Shown piece after piece: positions 28,571 to 37,699 of a stretch of 64,000 nucleotides of DNA (position 1 is its first letter; each line of letters starts with the position of its first letter). The stretch spans positions 2,157-66,156 of the forward strand of contig JAYVHY010000295.1 of NCBI GenBank assembly GCA_043770615.1, written 5' to 3'. The position numbers were made by a program, and so were the translations under genes. The notes beneath the pieces are model-generated. The model was not told the origin of the DNA and did not search any database. It saw only the letters and a list, made by a program, of their open reading frames with translations. The DNA is from Armatimonadota bacterium (GTDB lineage: Bacteria; Armatimonadota; Fimbriimonadia; Fimbriimonadales; Fimbriimonadaceae).

Positions 28571-29833
28571 ATGCTCTCACTCATTTGCCTCTTTTCCTTG
28601 GCAATTCAAGGTAAACCGGACGTATCTATAAGGCTTAGCCCGGTCTCCCTTTCTTCATCTGATTACCAAGATTTAGATGCAATTGGTAAAGCCATCGGCT
28701 CCGCCAGAATCGTCCAATTGGGTGAGCAGACCCACGGAGACGGCACTTCCTTCGAGGTCAAGGTTCGACTAGTGAAGTACCTCCACGAAAAACTCGGATT
28801 CAACGTCTTGGTTTGGGAGAGCGGAATGATCGAATGCGAATCGATGAACGAGGGACTCAACAGTAACAGACCAATTGTTGAGGTCGCTCGGTCAGCGGTA
28901 TTCCCACACTGGTCTAACTCAAAGGAATCGATCGGTGTGTTCGAATATGCCCGACAGTCGCTCAAAACTGACCGACCTCTAAGAATGTCGGGATTCGATA
29001 TTCAATCATCCAGCGCGAAAGGAAACCTGGTGATTATGGATGTTGCCAAGAGACTCCAAGCAATTGAAGGACTTGCCACATCCAAAGATTTGTTCAAACG
29101 GGGTGACGACTTAATCAATCTCAAACCAAGTCCTGAGAAGGAAAGCTCTTTACTTGAGTTTGCTTTCCAGCTGAACAAGTTCTTTCGGTCGAACCTCTCC
29201 ATAATATCAAAGTCGATTGGCAAAGCATCAACCGCCGAAATCGACCAACTATTAAAGGGATTTGTTGCGTATCGGGAGATGATGGCGTCCTTTGCTCGGT
29301 ATCAAAAATCTCAAACCGGAGCCGAGTTTCAGATTGGATACAACATTCGTGAAGCCGCTAATGCTACGAATATTGAATGGCTTGCGAAAAACAAGTACAA
29401 GGGAGAGAAGTTGATCGTTTGGGCTCACAACTCGCATGTTTCTCATCAAGGTGCGGATGGTCACTTTCGAAAAACCACACAAGGCGAAGTTATTCTTGAT
29501 TCAACCGGACGAATAGTCAAGCAAAAATTTGGAAGTCAACTGTTCTCGATCGGCTTTGTAGCTTCAGGCGGACAGTGGAGTTGGATGGGACAACCCCCTA
29601 TTTCGTTTATTCCTTCCGAGAATGGTTCGTTGGAAGAGATGATGAGTCGTTCAGGATTCGACATCGGCTTTCTCAATCTCACGTTGCCACAGAAGAATCC
29701 AGATGACCCTGTCAATAAACCAATTTTGGGATACATAAACCGGCAAAATGGTCAATTGGATTCGTTAGTCTGGCCGAAAATTTTTGATGGTCTGATTTTC
29801 ATTCGCAACATGAAGCCGAGGACGAACCTGTAA
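28571..29833 (+). CDS. Erythromycin esterase family protein
   Basis: ARIVQLGEQTHG, LHEKLGF, GFDIQ, IVWAHNSH and FDGLIFI motifs; short signal peptide. Confidence 0.85.
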   Translation: MLSLICLFSLAIQGKPDVSIRLSPVSLSSSDYQDLDAIGKAIGSARIVQLGEQTHGDGTSFEVKVRLVKYLHEKLGFNVLVWESGMIECESMNEGLNSNRPIVEVARSAVFPHWSNSKESIGVFEYARQSLKTDRPLRMSGFDIQSSSAKGNLVIMDVAKRLQAIEGLATSKDLFKRGDDLINLKPSPEKESSLLEFAFQLNKFFRSNLSIISKSIGKASTAEIDQLLKGFVAYREMMASFARYQKSQTGAEFQIGYNIREAANATNIEWLAKNKYKGEKLIVWAHNSHVSHQGADGHFRKTTQGEVILDSTGRIVKQKFGSQLFSIGFVASGGQWSWMGQPPISFIPSENGSLEEMMSRSGFDIGFLNLTLPQKNPDDPVNKPILGYINRQNGQLDSLVWPKIFDGLIFIRNMKPRTNL

Positions 29834-29899
29834 TTAGGAGATGTCAGCGTCAACCATTTCCCAATAGATTCGGGTTCTGGTTGACGCTGAAATTTGTCA

Positions 29900-32800
29900 T
29901 TACCGTCTTCTGATGCCTCTGAGGTTCGTGGCATTAATCGCTCGAACCGTCACTAGGCGAACTGGTCCGATCAATCCTGACTCCAGAAGTGGAGAATCCT
30001 TACTATAGAACTTCCAGGTTGTAAATGCCGTTCGCTTGGTTGGCGGTCTTGGGGTTCCGTCGAGAATCCACTTTGGCCAAGCATCGATTGGACCACCATT
30101 GAACTTTGCCTCTGGTGGATATTGTTCATCGCCAATCAATCGGTTTGGCCAGAGGTTGGTTACTCTGACAACTAAAGTATTGCTTCCTGACTTCAGATAC
30201 CTCGACACATCCACTCGGAATGGAGCTTTCCATAGTGTTGCAAACTTGTGACCATTGAGTTCGACGTCCGCGAAGTTCTTGACTTTGCCAAGATCGAGCC
30301 AAGTTGGTCCGCTTGCTGAACCCGGAGAGTTGATCGAAGTGGAGTAAGTTGCCGTACCAGCAAAGTACTTAACTGCTTCAATTTTAGAATCGGTCCAGGA
30401 TGTCAATTTGTCCATTTTTACATTTACAACCGGGCCTTTCTTAGGTACAAATTGGACATTCCAAGGCTGAATAAATGGGACTACTGATGGGGCACTTCCA
30501 ATGAGACCGGTTGATCCGTCGGAATTGGTAAATTTGATCTTGCCTGCTCGCCAGGGCTGAATCGTGTCATCAACTACTAAATAGTTTGGTGGTACATCGT
30601 CCCGACTTTGAGGAACAAACTCAAGCGATCCATTTTCATCGATCTTGCGCTCGATTCTTTTTCCGTCAATTGTGTAAATCACGAGTAAATGCTTCACATG
30701 ATTGACGATCGGGTCGCCAAAATTGGAGTTCGTGGCTTCAAGTACCATTTCGCCGTGAGCAATCAATGATTTTGCCTTTTCAGTCACATCGATGCCGCCA
30801 CTACCATCGCTAGCTTGGTAACGCGCCGAGATGATTTCAACTTTAGGTAACTTTGGTTCTTTGTCACCCTCGCCAAGCCAAACAAGCGAAGTTAAATGCT
30901 TTTGTTTACTTGGTTTTCGGAAGACTACGAACGTTGAACCGGCAGACTCTAATCTCAAGGAAACCCGGGTTCGACCAGCTTGGCTTTGCCACACCGGAGC
31001 AGCTTCCATCGTTCCGGTTTCTGGGTTCCAAAGCTCGGGTTGGCGGTCTCCAATGCGGAATGAAACGTCAAGATCGACTGATCGATAAGCTGGATTCGCA
31101 ACGAAATAGATGTCGGTACCTTTGTTGACACGATGAATCCAATTGACCGGCTTCGTCGAGGTCAAGTCGGGTGCAATCTGCTTTTCGGTCAAGATCTGTT
31201 GGACAGTCTTGTTCGCGTAGGCATGGCGCAATGAATTGCTATTCCAGACTTGGGCGGCCATTTTTTGCACTACTTGATCACCGTTTGGGTACTCGGAAAG
31301 ACTCGGAGATTTTTCTGGTGCTGGCCCAACGATGGTTGCACCATCTTTAACAAGTTGAGCAATTTTACGGATGGTCTTGGTCGTCATCCATTTGCTTTGA
31401 GGAAGCATCAAAACGCGGTATCGCATTCCAGTTGGTAGGACGATTTGTCCATTTTCGACTCTCATTTTGTGAAGTACGGTCGCATCGCAGCCATCGTAGT
31501 CGTAGCCTTCGGGGATTTCTTTGCCTTTCATCATTGGCAAGTCGTTCGGACCTTCTTCGCCGGTAAACGCAACCACATCAGCAACGAATCGACCAGATTG
31601 GAGGAGGTATTGGCATTTGGCAATGTATTTCATCCATGCCTGTCCTTGATCCCACCATGTTATCGTTCGGTCAAGGTTCATACCCCATGGACCCATCGTC
31701 ATTCCGGGTTCTAGGTCAAGCCAGGGTTGGTGAGCATAGCGGTGAAAAATGTACCGGTTGATGCCTAATGTAAAGATTCGGTCGCCAAGAGCCTTTGCCG
31801 AATACGGATCAACCAACCACCGACCCTGGTTCTCGTCCGCTGTAAAAGCTTCTGCTCCAATAACGGGCTTTCCGTTGGTATGAGCCGCAGACGCCGCCAG
31901 CTTCGTTGATTCCTGAGCCATACCGTTTGGAACCCAAAACTCGCCCATCGGAATGTCTCCGAGGCCAGAGACCTGCAAATTGTCGAATGAACCATTGCCA
32001 TATCCTTCAACCGAGAACTGTAAACCGTTCTTATGGCAAAGCTCCTTGAAATAGGCAAAATAGTTGTCGGCGAACAGGTCGCAAATTGTTCGCCTCCAGT
32101 CCCAAAGGAACCGTTCGGTCATCTCCCCGCTTTGTACAATTCGTCCAGTTATAGTTGGCAAAAACGGCATCGGGTCGTAGCCCCTGCGGTTCATGAATTC
32201 CTCGCGAAGCTTTGGTGTCCAGTTTTGGCTCCCTACTTCGTAGCTATCAATCAAAGCATTGTTGAGACCGTACTTCTCGATCTTTCCGTTGTCTTTGAGC
32301 ACGGAAGCCATCATTCCGTCCCAAAAGTGATTCATGGCAGTTCGACTCATTTTGTCGACCTCTGGCCCGCGGCCAGCATCGGGTGAAGGAGAGTTCACCG
32401 CACCGGTTGGAGTGTGACCCATTCGGATGATGGTCCATTCGCCGTCTGGCGCATTCCATGCGACTTTGCCGTTAGCATCTATGTCGAGACTAATGACGTC
32501 TTTTTGATCCGTGACCGCATTTACGGGAATGGTCAAGAATTGAGGGGCAACCTTGTCGCCACGATCAAATCCAGCCTTGGTTCGGATGTTGGGGTTTCGG
32601 TAGGTTCCGTTGGCTGGCTTACGGACTGCGTATACCGAAATATCTTTGTAGTAATTCAGCTTTGATTCTGGCTTTGGAAGAATGCCTTCGAACCGTTTTG
32701 GACCCATGACTGATGTTTCAGTCCAAGTCAAAAATTGCATGGCATCTTCGGGTTTAACCCAAGGACCGCCACTACTTGACCAACCTCCGCAGTTGTGTAC

Positions 32801-33130
32801 GCAGATTTCAATATTGAGACGCTTCGCTTCCTTAAACGCCCAAGCCATGGCTTCTTGCCATTGAGGTGTCATCATCGGCGTCTTGCCAATCGGAATTCCA
32901 ACTTCAACGTTGAAAATCTGAGCTCCACCAATACCTATCTTCTTCATTGCTTCAAGATCAGCCGTGATTCCTGCCTTGCTGATGTTTCCATTAATCCAAT
33001 GCCACCAAGTGTGCGGTTTCGCTGAATTCGGAGGATTGATAAAGCCCGCATCAAGCGAAGATTGAGCAAACAGGAAAGACGCAAACGCAACTATGGAAAG
33101 ACTTGCAAAAGAACGGCGGTTAACCAACAT
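29900..33130 (-). CDS. GH106 alpha-L-rhamnosidase family glycoside hydrolase
   Basis: PHTWWHWINGNISKAGITADLEAMK, DSYE, PMGEFW, GAEAFT, WPNRLIGD, SGLIGPV. Confidence 0.88.
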   Translation of the reverse strand: MLVNRRSFASLSIVAFASFLFAQSSLDAGFINPPNSAKPHTWWHWINGNISKAGITADLEAMKKIGIGGAQIFNVEVGIPIGKTPMMTPQWQEAMAWAFKEAKRLNIEICVHNCGGWSSSGGPWVKPEDAMQFLTWTETSVMGPKRFEGILPKPESKLNYYKDISVYAVRKPANGTYRNPNIRTKAGFDRGDKVAPQFLTIPVNAVTDQKDVISLDIDANGKVAWNAPDGEWTIIRMGHTPTGAVNSPSPDAGRGPEVDKMSRTAMNHFWDGMMASVLKDNGKIEKYGLNNALIDSYEVGSQNWTPKLREEFMNRRGYDPMPFLPTITGRIVQSGEMTERFLWDWRRTICDLFADNYFAYFKELCHKNGLQFSVEGYGNGSFDNLQVSGLGDIPMGEFWVPNGMAQESTKLAASAAHTNGKPVIGAEAFTADENQGRWLVDPYSAKALGDRIFTLGINRYIFHRYAHQPWLDLEPGMTMGPWGMNLDRTITWWDQGQAWMKYIAKCQYLLQSGRFVADVVAFTGEEGPNDLPMMKGKEIPEGYDYDGCDATVLHKMRVENGQIVLPTGMRYRVLMLPQSKWMTTKTIRKIAQLVKDGATIVGPAPEKSPSLSEYPNGDQVVQKMAAQVWNSNSLRHAYANKTVQQILTEKQIAPDLTSTKPVNWIHRVNKGTDIYFVANPAYRSVDLDVSFRIGDRQPELWNPETGTMEAAPVWQSQAGRTRVSLRLESAGSTFVVFRKPSKQKHLTSLVWLGEGDKEPKLPKVEIISARYQASDGSGGIDVTEKAKSLIAHGEMVLEATNSNFGDPIVNHVKHLLVIYTIDGKRIERKIDENGSLEFVPQSRDDVPPNYLVVDDTIQPWRAGKIKFTNSDGSTGLIGSAPSVVPFIQPWNVQFVPKKGPVVNVKMDKLTSWTDSKIEAVKYFAGTATYSTSINSPGSASGPTWLDLGKVKNFADVELNGHKFATLWKAPFRVDVSRYLKSGSNTLVVRVTNLWPNRLIGDEQYPPEAKFNGGPIDAWPKWILDGTPRPPTKRTAFTTWKFYSKDSPLLESGLIGPVRLVTVRAINATNLRGIRRR

Positions 33131-33155
33131 ACGACACCAGCGCCAGGTTACCTAG

Positions 33156-34232
33156 TCACAGATTCAAATGCTTGAGAGCATTGGTCAAAATTGCGTAGTC
33201 TTTTTCGACACCAACGCTTATCCGGACATACCGATCCAGGGGAGGCTTTCCGGGCTTGCGGATGAAAACACCTTCTTGACGTAACCCAGAAACAATGGCT
33301 TCTGCTCTCGACCTGCTACCGGCATCACCAAGTACGAAATTCGTGCTCGAAGGTAATGGAAGCAATCCAAATTTCTCCAAGAGAATTGAGAGGTCGAACT
33401 TAGCGAGCCTATTCAATTCTTTCACTCTAGCTAAGTAGTCTTTGTCACGGAGCGATGCAAGGGCCCCGGCTTGAGCAATCGAGTTGACCTCAAAGTGAGG
33501 GCGAATTCGATTGAGTGGCTGAAGGATTTCTGGTGTACCAAAAGCATATGCAATCCTGGCTCCCGCCATCCCGTGAGCCTTAGAGAAAGTCCGTAGCCTT
33601 ATTAGGCGCTCATCAAAAACTTCATACGAATCGACAAAGTCTATGTACGCTTCGTCCAGGATTATCAACACATCGCTTGGCAGCCCTTCAATAAAGTGTT
33701 GGATCGCCTCCCCAGATTGAAAGGACCCCGAAGGGTTATCTGGATTGGCGACATATACCGCTTTTGCCTTATGGCTCTTGACCGCTTCAGCAAGTCCGTC
33801 AAGGTCAACGTGAAGGTCTTGATAGGGAACTTGAATGAGTTCCGCTCCGACTGCATCAATGAAGTAATTAAAGGTCGGATAGCTCCCATGGGTGGTGACG
33901 ACTTTGTCGCCGGGTTCTAAATAGGCCGAAGCAAGATGGCTGAACAAACCGTCAATACCGGGACCAATGACGAAATGCTCTGGGGGTAGATTGAACTGCC
34001 TGGCAAGTTCTGTTTTGAGCTCGAACGAAAGAGGGTCACCGTACCATTGGGGAGCTTTGGCGGCTTCCACCATTGCCTCGATTGCGAGTGGCGATGGCCC
34101 GAAGATGCTTTCGTTCGCGCCAAGTCTGGCGAGGAACTTCTTACCAAGTTGACGCTCAAACTCTTCGGGCGCCGTGAAAGGAATGGCGTCTGGCAATTGG
34201 GCAACAATTCGGGTTGGCTCTGGTCGAGTCAC
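33156..34232 (-). CDS. Histidinol-phosphate aminotransferase-like class I/II PLP enzyme
   Basis: LGANES, NPDNPSG, LDEAY, RTFSKAHGMAGARIAY, YVRIS. Confidence 0.85.
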   Translation of the reverse strand: MTRPEPTRIVAQLPDAIPFTAPEEFERQLGKKFLARLGANESIFGPSPLAIEAMVEAAKAPQWYGDPLSFELKTELARQFNLPPEHFVIGPGIDGLFSHLASAYLEPGDKVVTTHGSYPTFNYFIDAVGAELIQVPYQDLHVDLDGLAEAVKSHKAKAVYVANPDNPSGSFQSGEAIQHFIEGLPSDVLIILDEAYIDFVDSYEVFDERLIRLRTFSKAHGMAGARIAYAFGTPEILQPLNRIRPHFEVNSIAQAGALASLRDKDYLARVKELNRLAKFDLSILLEKFGLLPLPSSTNFVLGDAGSRSRAEAIVSGLRQEGVFIRKPGKPPLDRYVRISVGVEKDYAILTNALKHLNL

Positions 34233-34312
34233 GGGAATAGTTTAACTGATGCATGTGGCTATGGCCCTGTGAATTCTAAAGGTGGGATTGGCCCGTGAAA
34301 TGACTAGCTTAA

Positions 34313-34734
34313 TCTCACTCACTTGCTGAGGGGAGCGGCGAAGCCCCAAGGGTGAGACAGGCGGTAGATCGAACCAGAGGTACGAAGTTCCCTCGTAGTT
34401 ACGACGGCATTAATTGAACTTTGATTCTTCCACGACCTCATAAAAACGTGCCTTTGTGGCACCTTTTAACAAGGACTCTCCTCCGGGGTCGAAAGAGTTA
34501 GTCGGCCAGTCCTGGGGCGTAGCCCGAGGCTAAGTTACGTAACCACTCCGTGGTTAAAGACAAACGAGGGAGCAATATCCCTGGTAAGAAGATCCAAAGA
34601 ATGCTCCTCCGGCTCCTGCCTCGCCACCCACTCGGCAAACGAGGAGGATTTAGAGTGCCTTAACAACGCTAGTTACTGGAATCCTACAAAGTGGATGCGA
34701 GAAGGAGTGATGGACCAAGGGGCGCCAAGACGCC
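34313..34734. repeat. Intergenic cluster of several different REP-like palindromic elements
   Basis: Imperfect hairpins: tctcac...gtgaga (34313-34357), aaaacgtgcc-N5-ggcacctttt (34443-34467), cctggggcgtagcccgagg and aaccactccgtggtt (34511-34555), tcctcc...gaggagga (about 34605-34648). Confidence 0.6.
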
Positions 34735-34920
34735 TTAACTGCCAAATGCTTCTTTGTCGCCTTCTTTGACCTTTTCAGATGCGACTTCAGCTACGTCTTT
34801 TGACTTATCAATTTCGCGTTGATATACACCCTTCTCTCCTGGTTCACCAATGGTGACGGTTTCGGATTTACCGCAGCCGATCGCTGCGAGGGCGAGAATT
34901 CCTAGAATTACAAACTTCAT
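34735..34920 (-). CDS. Small lipoprotein (61 aa)
   Basis: MKFVILGILALAAIG-C lipobox inside the longer track ORF; charged mature part. Confidence 0.7.
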   Translation of the reverse strand: MKFVILGILALAAIGCGKSETVTIGEPGEKGVYQREIDKSKDVAEVASEKVKEGDKEAFGS

Positions 34921-34961
34921 GCAAGGGTTATTCCATGTTTCATGGCGAGGGCAAGGGCATG

Positions 34962-35348
34962 CTAAAGATACTTTGGTAGCTTGAACTTGAATCTCCGCAT
35001 GGGAAGGATGGACGAAGCAATGACAAAGTAAATGATCCCCGGGGCGTTCAACGTGATGTTGGTGAAGATCATCCATACGGTTGGATTTAATCCTTGAATG
35101 ATGAAAATTGCCGATCTATCAAGGACGATAATGGGAAGTCCCGTCAAGATAATCACCAAAATGACATTGAGCCAAAAGTATTTGGACTTGTTAAATCGTG
35201 GCAAGCCTGTTTTGAATCGCAGAACATCCACATGTTTGAACATGGCAATGAAGGTCAGTACAAGGCTAAGGATTGTAAAGATGAGCAAGTCGATCTGCAC
35301 CAAACTGATCGAAATGTAAAGTCCAACCAGTTGTCTTAGAACTTGCAA
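34962..35348 (-). CDS. Hypothetical membrane protein (about 3 TM)
   Basis: Hydrophobic ORF co-oriented with its neighbours; TTG start, no family recognised. Confidence 0.45.
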   Translation of the reverse strand: MQVLRQLVGLYISISLVQIDLLIFTILSLVLTFIAMFKHVDVLRFKTGLPRFNKSKYFWLNVILVIILTGLPIIVLDRSAIFIIQGLNPTVWMIFTNITLNAPGIIYFVIASSILPMRRFKFKLPKYL

Positions 35349-35366
35349 GCCTTTCTCCTGACCTGA

Positions 35367-35891
35367 CTACATTTTCCGTCGTTGCGCGGAGATGACTTCA
35401 GTATTCATTCCCGCCCAGTGGAGCATGCCCCCGTAGCGGCCGTGTTCCATCTTGATGCACTTATCCACAACTGCAATGAGACCCGCTTCGGCTGCTTTTT
35501 CGGCAGCTTCAAAGTTAATGATCCTGAGCTGCATCCAAACTGCCTTCGCCCCAATCTTGATCGCGTCCTCGACGATCCCGGGGACTTCGTTCGAAGGACG
35601 AAAGATATCGACAATATCGACCGGAACCGGAATCGATTCCAAATTCGGATAACACTTCTCACCAAGGATCTCTTCCGCCTTCGGATGAACCGGAATAATC
35701 GTGAATCCACGATCCTTAAGGTACGAGCCAACCATGTTGCTCGCTTTGGTTTTTTCGGTAGAAAGTCCGACAATGGCGATGGTTTTGGACGTTCGAAGCA
35801 GCTCCTGAATCGCTTTGCCATTCTGGTACTTCTCCCGTTGCTCGGGAGTCAGTTTGGTGTTGAGTGAAATGTCGCAAACGAGCGTAGACAT
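35367..35891 (-). CDS. CoA-binding protein (YccU-like)
   Basis: TIAIVGLS, IIPVHP, VDIVDIFRP, AKAVWMQL, DKCIKMEH. Confidence 0.9.
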   Translation of the reverse strand: MSTLVCDISLNTKLTPEQREKYQNGKAIQELLRTSKTIAIVGLSTEKTKASNMVGSYLKDRGFTIIPVHPKAEEILGEKCYPNLESIPVPVDIVDIFRPSNEVPGIVEDAIKIGAKAVWMQLRIINFEAAEKAAEAGLIAVVDKCIKMEHGRYGGMLHWAGMNTEVISAQRRKM

Positions 35892-35900
35892 GGTGATTTC

Positions 35901-37187
35901 CTATACGTTGGCTAACGCTTGGTCGAGGTCCCAAAGCAGGTCGTCGGTGGTTTCCAAACCAACCGAGAGCCGAATCATCGCGGCGGAAATTCCCGAGGCT
36001 GCCATTTCGGAATCGCTGAGTTGTTGGTGAGTGGTCGATCCGGGATGGATGACAAGGCTCTTGGCGTCGCCGACATTCGCAAGGTGAGAGAAGAGCTGAA
36101 GCGATTCGATGAAACGTTTTCCGGCTTGTCGCGCATCGCCACCGCCAGGATTGATTTCGAACGACATGACCGCACCGGGGCCCATGGGAAGGTACTTCTC
36201 GGCCCTAGTGTAATGTGGGTGGCTGACCAATCCGGCATAGTTGACCTTTGCCACTTTTGGGTGTTCCTCCAGAAATTTGGCGACTGCGTGGGCGTTCGAA
36301 ACGTGTCGCTCCATCCGAATCGAAAGGGTTTCTAGCCCCTGAATGAGCATGAACGAGTTGAACGGCGAGATGCAGGCACCGGTATCTCGAACCGTTTCGG
36401 CACGGAGCTTCATGAGGAATCCGTAGTGACCGAAGGTGTCGAAAAACTTGAGCCCATGATACGAGTCGGTTGGGTCGGCAATGGTGGGATAACTTGAAAA
36501 GTCGAAGTCGCCTGAATCAACGACGAGTCCGCCGATGCTGGTTCCGTGCCCGCCAATGAACTTGGTTGCCGAGTGGATGACGATGGTAGCACCCCATTCG
36601 ATTGGTCGGCAAAGATAAGGCGTAGCGAAGGTGCTATCGACAATGAGCGGGATATTTTTACTCTTTGCCAGGTCGGCATAGGCCGATAGATCAGCGATGC
36701 TCCCAATTGGGTTACCAATGATCTCGATGAAGAGGGCTCTGGTTTTTGGCGTGATCGCGGCCTCCCAAGCAGTTAGGTCATCGGGGTCACAGAACGTCGT
36801 TTTAACTGAGAGCTTTTTGGCGGTGTGCGCCAACATGGTGAGGGTGCCGCCGTAGAGTTGAGACGACGCGACGATTTCGTCGCCGGGGCTGCAAAGCGTC
36901 ATGAGGGTGCCAAATTCGGCTGCCATTCCGCTGGCTACCGCTACCGCGCCGGTTGCACCTTCGAGCGAGGCAATTCTCTCCTCGAGGACGGCTGTGGTTG
37001 GGTTACTGATACGCGAATAAATATTGCCGTACTCTTTCAGCTCAAACAGGTGGGCGGCTTCTTCGGTGTCACTAAACACATACGAAGTGGTTTGATAGAT
37101 CGGAACGGCGCGGGCACCAACGTAGGGGTCAGGAATCTGTCCGGCGTGGAGCATTTTTGTTTCAAATCCAAATTGTCGTTTACTCAT
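35901..37187 (-). CDS. metY: O-acetylhomoserine aminocarboxypropyltransferase (sulfhydrylase)
   Basis: LHAGQ, ARAVPIYQTTSY, YSRISNPT, HSATKFIGGHG (PLP Lys), HLANVGDAKSLVIHP, IRLSVGLE. Confidence 0.92.
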   Translation of the reverse strand: MSKRQFGFETKMLHAGQIPDPYVGARAVPIYQTTSYVFSDTEEAAHLFELKEYGNIYSRISNPTTAVLEERIASLEGATGAVAVASGMAAEFGTLMTLCSPGDEIVASSQLYGGTLTMLAHTAKKLSVKTTFCDPDDLTAWEAAITPKTRALFIEIIGNPIGSIADLSAYADLAKSKNIPLIVDSTFATPYLCRPIEWGATIVIHSATKFIGGHGTSIGGLVVDSGDFDFSSYPTIADPTDSYHGLKFFDTFGHYGFLMKLRAETVRDTGACISPFNSFMLIQGLETLSIRMERHVSNAHAVAKFLEEHPKVAKVNYAGLVSHPHYTRAEKYLPMGPGAVMSFEINPGGGDARQAGKRFIESLQLFSHLANVGDAKSLVIHPGSTTHQQLSDSEMAASGISAAMIRLSVGLETTDDLLWDLDQALANV

Positions 37188-37624
37188 ACTCGAATGAACT
37201 CCATCACTCCGGGAATCTGTCCGAGTTCAGTGAGGTTTTCTGGGGTCGGTCGCTGCGGCTTGTCACGATCCATGCTGACGACGCAAAGGAAGCCGAGCTC
37301 CTCGCCATTGGTTGCGCGAAACTGATGCCAGGTAAAGGCGGGAATGTGAACGACGTCATGGGTGTTGATTGGGGTTACTTTGTCGCCGACAAAGACTTCT
37401 CCCGAACCACGAATGATCATCACCGCGTGCTGGTGCTGGTGTCGCTCCAGAGTCGAATGGCCATCGGTCTGCATCTCGAAGTAACGCATTTCCACCGGCA
37501 GATCGTTCGAACCTTGGAATAGCGTCTGGCGAGAGATGCTTTTGAAGTGGGTGCCGCCATCTTCTTTGTAAGGCAGGAGGTCTACGCCCTTCCAGCGGAA
37601 TTTGTCGGAGGTTTGCCTTATCAT
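37184..37624 (-). CDS. Cupin domain protein, resembling MTXu-5P methylsulfurylase
   Basis: RYFE...HSTLERHQHQHAV, WHQFR and GFLC motifs; 4-nt overlap with metY. The specific call is from recall of the R. rubrum family. Confidence 0.75.
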   Translation of the reverse strand: MIRQTSDKFRWKGVDLLPYKEDGGTHFKSISRQTLFQGSNDLPVEMRYFEMQTDGHSTLERHQHQHAVMIIRGSGEVFVGDKVTPINTHDVVHIPAFTWHQFRATNGEELGFLCVVSMDRDKPQRPTPENLTELGQIPGVMEFIRV

Positions 37625-37699
37625 GAGGTTTGCGGGAGCTATTCGATTCTACGAATTCAAAGCACTCCCTATCGCATCCTCAATTATACTTTGGCGTGG

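Noticed and set aside
28571-29833. Macrolide resistance gene (ere), and a beta-lactamase at 55183-56223
   Set aside because: Only family-level motifs; both families are mostly non-resistance hydrolases and there is no mobile context.
34245-34734. RNase P RNA, tmRNA, SRP RNA or cobalamin riboswitch
   Set aside because: No hallmark motifs (GAGGAAAGUCC, tRNA-like ends, B12 box) recognised on either strand.
35367-37624. Horizontally acquired island based on apparently higher GC
   Set aside because: Impression by eye only, with no mobility genes or flanking direct repeats; needs a computed GC/codon profile.
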